Assembly (NCBI GenBank): GCA_964437795.1
Contig: CAYTIC010000001.1
Location: forward strand, 86,864 to 150,863
Reading direction: 5' to 3'
DNA length: 64,000 nt
From: an uncultured Dehalococcoidales bacterium
Lineage (GTDB): Bacteria > Chloroflexota > Dehalococcoidia > GIF9 > UBA5629
The translations under genes were made by a program, and so were the position numbers. The first letter of the stretch is position 1, and each line of letters opens with the position of its first letter. The notes beneath the pieces were generated by a model. It made no database searches, was not told the DNA's origin, and was given only the letters and a program-made list of their open reading frames with translations. Positions 56,532 through 64,000 of the stretch are shown here, one piece after another.

Positions 56532-57821
56532 TTGAGCGAAATAAAGCAGAAGTATAAAGTGGGCGGCAGTGGAGCGGTCTTCGTACTCATCATTCTATTC
56601 CTCCTTTATATCCTGAACTTCGCCGACCGGGCCATAGTGGCAATCGTGCTGCAGCCGATGAAGGAAGCGCTGCAGTTGACCGATGCCCAGGCGGGGGCGA
56701 TGCAATCCATTTTCCTGCTGGGGGCAGGTCTGCTGATGATTCCCGGCGCCATCTTTGTAGAAAGGTGGAGCCGCCGCAAGATGCTGGGCATTATGGCCCT
56801 TATCTGGAGCGTGGCCACGTTTGCCACCGGCCTGGGCACAAAATTCTGGCATATCATGTCGGCCCGGTTCGTGGTCGGCATCGGTGAAGCGGGCTATAAC
56901 CCCGGCGGCACCGCCTGGCTGTCCCTGGCTTTTTCCAAGAAGGTCCGGGGCAGGATACTTGGTTTATTCCAATCGGCGGCCCAGGTCGGTATGGCTGTAG
57001 GACTGATAATAGGAGGCCTGATAGTCACGCAGACCGGCGATTGGCGCATGCCGTTTTACATTTTTGCCATACCTGGAATTATATTGGGCATAATCACCTT
57101 CTTTCTGCCCGACTATGCAACGGTAAGGGAAAAAGGCGAAGCCGTTTTCAACAAGAAGTTTTTCTCCGAGGTGCTCGGCCTCTTCAAGATTAAGACGTAT
57201 TCCCTGAACATCATAGCCCAGTGCCTGTTTGCCTTTATCAGCATGACCATTCTGGGCTGGCTGCCCGCCCTGCTCATGAGGGCCTACAATATAGACGCGT
57301 TTCAGGCAGGCACAATTAACGGCCTGACAAGCCTGATAGTCCTGATCGGCGCGCCCCTGGGCGGCTTCCTGGGTGACAGGTGGCAGGCAAAGAAACACGG
57401 GGGCAGAGCTTACTTTATGGTAGTCGCCATGCTTGCTTATGCGATTGCGGCGACACTCATGATACTGTCTACTAATTATTCCCTGACAATCTACATCGTT
57501 ATGGCTTCGCTCGCTTCGTTTTGCTCTGCGCTGGCATTGCCGGGCCTTTTCGCCATCTGGACGGATGTACTGTCGCCCAAACACCGCACCACCGGTATCG
57601 GCATGGGCACCATGATTTCACTTGTCCTGGGCGCTGTGCCGGGACCGTTGTTTGTCGGTGCGGTATCCGATGCCCTGGGCGGAGGGGTCTTCGGCCTGAG
57701 AAGCGCATTCCTGCTGATGATGCCTGCGGCGTTTATAGCCACGATAATGTACTTCGTTATGTCCAGGTACTATCCCGCAGACAGTGCTAACATAAGCGAC
57801 GACGTCCTGGCAGAAAAGTAA
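56532..57821 (+). CDS. MFS transporter
   Basis: Start placed at the TTG at 56532 (AGGAGG RBS 5 nt upstream). The track's ATG at 56397 adds about 45 non-hydrophobic residues. 12-TM MFS architecture with LNFADRAIV motif A. Confidence 0.75.
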   Translation: MSEIKQKYKVGGSGAVFVLIILFLLYILNFADRAIVAIVLQPMKEALQLTDAQAGAMQSIFLLGAGLLMIPGAIFVERWSRRKMLGIMALIWSVATFATGLGTKFWHIMSARFVVGIGEAGYNPGGTAWLSLAFSKKVRGRILGLFQSAAQVGMAVGLIIGGLIVTQTGDWRMPFYIFAIPGIILGIITFFLPDYATVREKGEAVFNKKFFSEVLGLFKIKTYSLNIIAQCLFAFISMTILGWLPALLMRAYNIDAFQAGTINGLTSLIVLIGAPLGGFLGDRWQAKKHGGRAYFMVVAMLAYAIAATLMILSTNYSLTIYIVMASLASFCSALALPGLFAIWTDVLSPKHRTTGIGMGTMISLVLGAVPGPLFVGAVSDALGGGVFGLRSAFLLMMPAAFIATIMYFVMSRYYPADSANISDDVLAEK

Positions 57822-57858
57822 CGGACAGCGGTACCGATGCGGCCCGGGTGAATAACCC

Positions 57859-59520
57859 TTAGCCGGACTTCAACATCTCCCGCAGTTCACGTTTCAATAT
57901 CTTGCCGATGGCGCTGGTGGGCAGCGCATCCATAAATACGATTATCTTGGGCACCTTGTAAGGGGCTTCGCGCTGCCTGATGTAATCGCGTATCCTCTCC
58001 TTTTCAGACTCGGACTTCTCGATGCCCTCCTTGAGCACGATGGCGGAGGCCACCATCTCGTTGCCCGGCCGGTTGGGATCGGGAACGCCGATGGAGGCAG
58101 CCAGCGAGATATCGGGGTGCTCGATGATTATGTCATCAAGCTCGCGGGTGAATACCTTGTAGCCCGAGACGATTACCATGTCCTTGAGGCGGTCGACGAT
58201 ATAGATATAGCCTTCCTCGTCCATACGGCAGACGTCGCCGGTGTAGAACCACCCGTCTTTGAGGGCATTGGCCGTCTCCTCCGGCTTATTATGGTAACCC
58301 TTCATCACCTGCGGACCGCGCACCACCAGCTCGCCGGGCTCTCCCACGGGTACCGGCTCTTTGGTGGCGGGATCGACGATCTTGACCTCGGTATCGCCGA
58401 CGGGTAAACCGACCGAGCCGAACTTTCGCTTGCCGTAGCGGGGGTTGGCCGCGATGAGGGGACAGGTCTCGGTCATGCCGTAAACCTCGCTGAACTTGTC
58501 CTTGCCCACGATGTCCTCGAATCCCTTGAGATACTCAACGGGGAAGGGCGCCGCCCCGGCGATGCAGCCCCAGATGCCCGAGAAATCCAGCTCGCGGAAC
58601 TCAGGCTTCTTCATAAGTTCGAGATATATGGTAGGCACGGCCGTGAGCACGGTGGGCTTGTATTCCTTGATGCTCTTGATGATAAAGTCGTAATCGCGCG
58701 GGTTGGGCAGGGCAACCTGCGGCGTAGCCCACACCAGGCAGAACAGCCCGAGGAACAGGCCTGCCTGGTGAAAGAGCGGGAAGGGGCACAGTATGCGCTC
58801 CTGTCCCTTGACTGCGTCAACGTAGTTGCCCCACTGGATCATGTGGCGGACCACGTTGTTGTGCGTCAGCACAGCCCCCTTGGAGGGCCCGGTCGTGCCG
58901 CCGGTGTATTGCATCAGGAACGGCTCTTCGCCTTTGACCCTGATATTCACGGGATCGGCCGGGTACTCCTGCATGAGGTCGGTGAACCGGAATACCGGGA
59001 TGGGGGATTCGGGCAATTTGAGCGGCTGCGCATTGGGCAGAAAATCGCTGAAGCCCGTCAGCGCCATGCCCTTCAGTTTGACCTTGTCGATGACCTGGCT
59101 GATATTGCCCCAGAACACATCGAGCGCCAGCAGGAACTTGGCGCCCGAATCGTTGAGCTGGTATTCAAGCTCCCTGGGCGTCAGCAGCGGGCTGATGCCG
59201 GTAAGCACACAGCCTGCCCTGGAGATGGCCGGTATGGCGATATAGTAAGCGGGCAGGTTGAGCGAATACACCCCCACCACATCGCCCGGTTTCAATCCCT
59301 GCCTGATTAGAAAAGCGGCAAAACGGTTGGACAGCTCGTCGACCTGCCTGAAAGTTATCTCTTTCCCCATGTAATTCACCGCGGTGATATCCGGCACCTC
59401 GTTAACAGCTTCCAGGAAAAGGTCTGTGAACATCTTGTTCTCGGGGTAGTCGAAGTGGGCTTTCACGTGCGGGTCGAAGGACTTCTGCCAGAATTTACCG
59501 GCATAAGGATCACTCACCAT
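57859..59520 (-). CDS. AMP-dependent acyl-CoA synthetase (long-chain fatty acid-CoA ligase-like)
   Basis: Motifs YTGGTTGPSKGA and GYGMTE. 553 aa. Confidence 0.85.
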   Translation of the reverse strand: MVSDPYAGKFWQKSFDPHVKAHFDYPENKMFTDLFLEAVNEVPDITAVNYMGKEITFRQVDELSNRFAAFLIRQGLKPGDVVGVYSLNLPAYYIAIPAISRAGCVLTGISPLLTPRELEYQLNDSGAKFLLALDVFWGNISQVIDKVKLKGMALTGFSDFLPNAQPLKLPESPIPVFRFTDLMQEYPADPVNIRVKGEEPFLMQYTGGTTGPSKGAVLTHNNVVRHMIQWGNYVDAVKGQERILCPFPLFHQAGLFLGLFCLVWATPQVALPNPRDYDFIIKSIKEYKPTVLTAVPTIYLELMKKPEFRELDFSGIWGCIAGAAPFPVEYLKGFEDIVGKDKFSEVYGMTETCPLIAANPRYGKRKFGSVGLPVGDTEVKIVDPATKEPVPVGEPGELVVRGPQVMKGYHNKPEETANALKDGWFYTGDVCRMDEEGYIYIVDRLKDMVIVSGYKVFTRELDDIIIEHPDISLAASIGVPDPNRPGNEMVASAIVLKEGIEKSESEKERIRDYIRQREAPYKVPKIIVFMDALPTSAIGKILKRELREMLKSG

Positions 59521-59668
59521 GCTGCAACCTCCTCAAACTATAAATCTGCCAGGATTTCTCTGTTTGTGCCCATCCAGTTTATCAAGGTTCTCTTATACAG
59601 TAAACATCAGCAGCCTTTGAAAAGGGGGTAAGGGTTTGCTATCATTCAAACCGCACTTGTAAAACCAT

Positions 59669-59899
59669 ATGGACCTGATAAAGACCCTCAGCAATGTCCT
59701 CGGCGTGATCTGCATCATTATCGGCGTTTTTCTGATACCGCTGAGCATCTGGTTTATTAAGCCGGCCATTAAAAACAAGGACAGGGTGTCCCTTGTCGTG
59801 GCGATCATTATCCTGGCCCTGTCAGCGGCCTGCTTCGTCGGGGCGTACATCATGTTTACAACCGGGCTGATTAAAATGGCCCCGACGCGGCTATACTGA
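59669..59899 (+). CDS. small membrane protein (2 TM)
   Basis: 76 aa hydrophobic ORF. Confidence 0.35.
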   Translation: MDLIKTLSNVLGVICIIIGVFLIPLSIWFIKPAIKNKDRVSLVVAIIILALSAACFVGAYIMFTTGLIKMAPTRLY

Positions 59900-59906
59900 A
59901 ACTTCT

Positions 59907-60665
59907 TTAATAGACTGCGCCGCCATCCAGGAATATGGGGTGCCCCGATATGTAGCCGCCTTCGTCGGAGCACAGGAAAACACAAAGGTTCCCCACGTCA
60001 GCCGGCTGACAGATCCGTCCGAACGGCAGATTCCTGGCCAGTTCTTTCACTTCCATCCCCATTACGCCTTTGATCAGTCGTGCGCCCATATCGGTCTCCA
60101 CCAGGCCGCAGGCGATGGTGTTCACCCTGATATTGTGGCTTACCTCTTCCTTGGCCAGGCAGGAGGACAAGGCGTTGAGCCCTGCCTTGGCTACCGCATA
60201 GGGAGAATGCCCCGCCATGCAGCTGAAAGGGCTCACCGAGGATATGTTGATGATATCGCCGCGCTTCTGTTTCCTCAGTGCGGGCAGGGCTTCTTTAATG
60301 AAATAGAAGGCGCCCATCACGTGAATTTTGAAAAGCCGCTCCATCTCCTCCACTTCGGTATCGGCCACAAACCTCCCGCGTGAAGCTATGCCTGCATTGT
60401 TGACCAGTATGTCGATCTTACCGAACGTGTCGATTGTTTTGGCCACAACGGCCTTAACCTGTGCATAGTCGGTTACGTCGGCCTGTATCGACAGCGCCCG
60501 CCGTCCCAGTGCAACGATCTCCCCGTCAGTCGCTTTTGCCGCATCGGCATCGCGCCGGTAGTTGTACGCAATATCAGCGCCTTCCCCGGCTAAAGCGAGC
60601 GCTATACCTTTACCGATACCCCTGCCGCCGCCGGTAACCAGGGCTACCTTTCCTGATAATTTCAA
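59907..60665 (-). CDS. SDR-family oxidoreductase (FabG-like)
   Basis: TGGGRGIGKG motif and catalytic YAVAK. Confidence 0.85.
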   Translation of the reverse strand: MKLSGKVALVTGGGRGIGKGIALALAGEGADIAYNYRRDADAAKATDGEIVALGRRALSIQADVTDYAQVKAVVAKTIDTFGKIDILVNNAGIASRGRFVADTEVEEMERLFKIHVMGAFYFIKEALPALRKQKRGDIINISSVSPFSCMAGHSPYAVAKAGLNALSSCLAKEEVSHNIRVNTIACGLVETDMGARLIKGVMGMEVKELARNLPFGRICQPADVGNLCVFLCSDEGGYISGHPIFLDGGAVY

Positions 60666-60678
60666 GACTGACCTCCTG

Positions 60679-63078
60679 TTAAGGCTGTAATATTAGAACC
60701 TGCGATAGTTCGCCTGTAGAAAGGAAATGTGTTGCCACCTGTTGTCCGTTTGCCCACATTTGCGCAAGGTCGCCGTAATACGGGCTTAAGAGCAACCCAG
60801 ATTGGCCGGGCGGACTCATGATAGTCGAGTTTTCCAGATCGGACATGTCCACTATAAGCCTGATGACGCCGCCGGAATCCATGGCATAGGGATTCTTGCT
60901 GTCCCACATGCCCGCATTGATAGTGAACCCATCACCGTTAGTCGGGATGGGGCTGAGGTTATAGAACCCAAGCTTACTGCCGAGGGGATGCTTGAATGTC
61001 ATCTGGTGGACCTTTCCCCATTGCCATTTTGAAGGATCCTGTCCCAGCCTGGCCGACAGCTCCGCTATGGCATCCTTCATGCTTTTCTTTATGATGTCAT
61101 CGCGGGTTTCCCTGATACCGGCCGTCGTGAGGTCATCGTAAAAGGGATTATTGTTATCGTTCACCATAGCGGTGAGCAGCCTGTCCGGAATATATATCTG
61201 GTAATCCTGAGTGATCTCTGCGTTCAATTTCGCACCGACCTTGTTTTCGAACGTATTCTGCACCATATACTTGTAGAACGCGTTGAAAAGCGTGGCCGCC
61301 GGGCTGTTAACGTCGGATGAATAGTTCCAGCCCTTAAACAGGCCCAGTGCCGGCTTCATATCGTCCATGCTGTCGCAGGCGGCCAGTACGAGCGGGACCC
61401 AGTATTGCGCCTCCACCGAGACGTTGTCCAACTGCATTTTCCTGATCTCATCAAAGGTGAACCTGTCCTTGCTCCCGACTATCTGCTGGAAGCGCAGGGC
61501 ACGCTCAATCATCCAGAAGTCAGTGATATGGTAGTCGACTTTTTTCGGGACGTTATTGAAAGACGCCACGTACCCCTGGCTCGGATTTAAATCGTATGGA
61601 AGTTTGTCGAAGGGGACATAGCCGGTCCAATCGTATTTGCCCTCGTCACCCGGCACAGGCAGAGTGCCATCGCCTGTCTTGCGCACGGGCGGGGATGCGA
61701 TATACTGGTAACCTATATTTCCATAAATATCGGCATAGCCGAAATTCAGCGTAGGTGTGCGCACCACGCTTAACGCACTGCGAAACTCATCGAAATTCCT
61801 GGCTTTATCCAACGCGATAAAACCTTCCATGATGCCGAGGTGAGGATGAAGGCCTACCCACATCATGGCGCAGTTGACAGGCGCCCTGGGCATTACATCG
61901 GATATGATAGGGCCATGCCGGGATATCCTGACCCGCAGTTTCTCTTCCCTGATCCCATCCTTACCCTTGACCCTGATGGTCTCATCAACTATCTTGAAAT
62001 TCTTATAACCGTCTTCGGTCAGGTATTGATCAGCGTCGGCGGGGTTTATCTTTTCGATGAAGAAGTCCATCTCGTCTCCCCTGCCGTTGGTGGTGCTCCA
62101 GGCGAAATAACGATTAAGCCCGAGCACGTTGATGGTAGGGGCGCCGGGTATGGAACCTCCCATCACGTCATAGTCGCCGCCCTTAAGGTGCACGAGGTAG
62201 AACAGCGCCGGTATGGTGGGAGCCAGGTCCGGGCTGCCTGTGAAAACGGCCTTCCCCGAAGCAGTACGTTTGCCGGAAAAGATCATCCAGTTGCTGGCGG
62301 CAGTATCCAGGGGGAAGGGACTATTGATATCACCGCTCCCGGTCACCGCGCCGGCAACCCCCGTCGCAGGACGATCAACACCGGATGTGGCAGGCGGAGG
62401 CGCGGCACCCGGACCGGATATCGTGGGCGCATCGGCGGGCACAATGGGGATGATCGTTTTCAGTATTTCGCTTCCGGCTGAGTTGCCGATTTGATTGAGA
62501 ATGAGCTCCGTATCCTTGGAACGGTTGAGGCTGTAGGCCATGAGTATCCCGCAGACCATGGTATCCTGGGGTTTCCATGTTTGAGGCTTAAACCCGAGGA
62601 TGGTGTATTCACTGGGAAGGTACCTGGCATTATCTATATAGGCATTGACCCCGCGGGCATAGGCATCCACTATGGATTTAGCGCCCGGTTCCAGTCCTGA
62701 ATATTCTTCTTCGGCGGCGCGGTAGAACCCGATCGTTCTGAAGTATTTATCCGTGTCAAGCATTATGTCGCCCAGCACCGACGAAAGCTCACCCCTTCCT
62801 GCCAGACGCGTCATATCCATCTGGAACATCCGCTCGCGGGCGGTGATATAACCCTGTGCGAAAAAGAGGTCCTCCTCGTTCTGAGCAAAGATATGTGGTA
62901 TGCCGTGCTCGTCGGTGCGTACTTCAACCCTGGCCGAAAGACCTTTTATGGTCTCGGTGCCGGAATATGCGGGCTGAGGAAGCCTGAATACTACCTGCAC
63001 GGCTATTGCTGCTATTATGACTAAAACAAGTATGACGCTCAGCGATATAATCAGTGCCTTGCCCTTTTTCGATTTCAC
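60679..63078 (-). CDS. penicillin acylase-family Ntn-hydrolase (penicillin amidase / AHL-acylase-like)
   Basis: 799 aa with an N-terminal signal/TM. The SNWMIFSGKRTASGKAV segment is the typical N-terminal nucleophile region of the beta subunit. Confidence 0.8.
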   Translation of the reverse strand: MKSKKGKALIISLSVILVLVIIAAIAVQVVFRLPQPAYSGTETIKGLSARVEVRTDEHGIPHIFAQNEEDLFFAQGYITARERMFQMDMTRLAGRGELSSVLGDIMLDTDKYFRTIGFYRAAEEEYSGLEPGAKSIVDAYARGVNAYIDNARYLPSEYTILGFKPQTWKPQDTMVCGILMAYSLNRSKDTELILNQIGNSAGSEILKTIIPIVPADAPTISGPGAAPPPATSGVDRPATGVAGAVTGSGDINSPFPLDTAASNWMIFSGKRTASGKAVFTGSPDLAPTIPALFYLVHLKGGDYDVMGGSIPGAPTINVLGLNRYFAWSTTNGRGDEMDFFIEKINPADADQYLTEDGYKNFKIVDETIRVKGKDGIREEKLRVRISRHGPIISDVMPRAPVNCAMMWVGLHPHLGIMEGFIALDKARNFDEFRSALSVVRTPTLNFGYADIYGNIGYQYIASPPVRKTGDGTLPVPGDEGKYDWTGYVPFDKLPYDLNPSQGYVASFNNVPKKVDYHITDFWMIERALRFQQIVGSKDRFTFDEIRKMQLDNVSVEAQYWVPLVLAACDSMDDMKPALGLFKGWNYSSDVNSPAATLFNAFYKYMVQNTFENKVGAKLNAEITQDYQIYIPDRLLTAMVNDNNNPFYDDLTTAGIRETRDDIIKKSMKDAIAELSARLGQDPSKWQWGKVHQMTFKHPLGSKLGFYNLSPIPTNGDGFTINAGMWDSKNPYAMDSGGVIRLIVDMSDLENSTIMSPPGQSGLLLSPYYGDLAQMWANGQQVATHFLSTGELSQVLILQP

Positions 63079-63131
63079 CTGATCACCTCCAGTCTATAAT
63101 TGCCTGAGCTAAAAACGTCCCTGCATGACAT

Positions 63132-64000
63132 CTATCTTACATCAATGCTTTTGTTCGCTGCCGGGAAAACGTCCAGCATCACGAAGACCTGCGTTTTTGC
63201 CGGCAATGTTGTCGCAGCAGGTATGGACAGCGTGACGGACTTGAGGTTCCCGTCCGCGCCGGCCTGCATAGCAGTATTGGCCAGGTAGTCCATATAGACG
63301 GCCTCGGTCTTCTGGGGGTCCACCAGCAGCAGCGCGGCCCGGTGGCCGGTTATGGGATAGGAGACGCCGGGATCTACGCTAAATTCAGCCGTCACCTGTC
63401 CGGCGGCTTTTCCGTCCGACGGCTTGAAGTCGATCCCGGCCACGTGTACACCCTGCGGCGCGCGGTTGGCCGTTCCATCGTAGGGACGCGTTACGTATGT
63501 GCCGGAGACCAGCAGCTTCTGGTACCAGTTGTTGGCCAGGCCGGCGATTACCATGTACGGCCCGAATGTGGGTATACCGAGCGTATCGGTGTCTGCGAAG
63601 GCGGCAGCGTAAGACGTACTGCCCTCGGCGTCAAGGCGGCCCCTCAACTCGAAAAGGTTGAAAGGTATCTTGATGCCCGTGATGGCCATGGGGAAGTTCT
63701 GGTCCTGTAATATGAGATCGGACCCCAGGTAACATCCGTTCAGAGGTATGGCGAAATCGCCGGCGGGGTCCGCCATCAGGTTGCCTTTGTCGTCATGCCT
63801 GGCGCCGATGGCCCAGAGAATTAATTTGCCGCGGCCGTCCGCATCCGGCGCCGCTATGGCCACCGGCCCGATCAGCCAGTCGATATAGTCGAAACCTATC
63901 TGGTTGAGGCTGGGCAGCATGGTGGGAATGGGCGCCGCCAGGCGCGTCCATTCCAGGCCGGTCACCTTATCTTCCGCAATGCTTAAAGGCAGTGTCCCGG
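63132..64000 (-). CDS. hypothetical protein, partial: the N-terminus lies beyond the window end
   Basis: The 'M' in the track at 63965 is a GTG. The frame stays open to 64000 (manual translation upstream gives ...GTLPLSIAEDK-VTG... with no stop). Confidence 0.4.
   Translation of the reverse strand, partial: GTLPLSIAEDKVTGLEWTRLAAPIPTMLPSLNQIGFDYIDWLIGPVAIAAPDADGRGKLILWAIGARHDDKGNLMADPAGDFAIPLNGCYLGSDLILQDQNFPMAITGIKIPFNLFELRGRLDAEGSTSYAAAFADTDTLGIPTFGPYMVIAGLANNWYQKLLVSGTYVTRPYDGTANRAPQGVHVAGIDFKPSDGKAAGQVTAEFSVDPGVSYPITGHRAALLLVDPQKTEAVYMDYLANTAMQAGADGNLKSVTLSIPAATTLPAKTQVFVMLDVFPAANKSIDVR

Overview
High-GC (about 55-60%) prokaryotic, probably bacterial, chromosome segment. Bacterial indicators: several tRNAs encode the 3' CCA, there is a LolD/FtsX-type ABC pair, a split transketolase and lipobox-type signal peptides. 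Most of the window is housekeeping/central metabolism (transketolase, glpK-glpA, NadA, NifS/NifU/TusA sulfur relay, ThiF/MoaD-like pair) and an unusually large number of beta-oxidation-type paralogues (4 AMP-dependent acyl-CoA ligases, 2 SCPx-type thiolases, ACAD, crotonase, 3 SDRs). Ten tRNA genes include a 5-tRNA cluster. Two integrated islets are delimited by duplicated tRNA 3' halves. One, at tRNA-Leu(TAA), is about 2.1 kb, AT-rich, and carries a truncated integrase remnant and an acyltransferase-3 gene. The other, at tRNA-Gly(TCC), is about 10 kb, has no integrase, and carries a PadR-controlled acyl-CoA catabolic cluster. The most unusual locus is a tightly packed minus-strand operon at about 45.1-55.5 kb. 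An adenylylsulfate reductase module (aprB-aprA-qmoA-qmoB plus a fused HdrC/HdrB-type CCG protein) is preceded, in place of the usual sat gene, by an arylsulfotransferase-like beta-propeller protein, a cytoplasmic sulfatase-family protein that lacks the formylglycine motif, and a stand-alone CysD-like (ATP sulfurylase small subunit / PAPS-reductase fold) protein. This operon is flanked by a LuxR-type response regulator and a divergent MFS transporter. A 13-bp motif (GTATTGCCAATCC) is shared between the operon promoter region and the MFS promoter region. I interpret this as a candidate, apparently undescribed, organosulfate/sulfuryl-transfer-linked APS reductase system. No CRISPR arrays, rRNA genes or obvious defence systems were seen.
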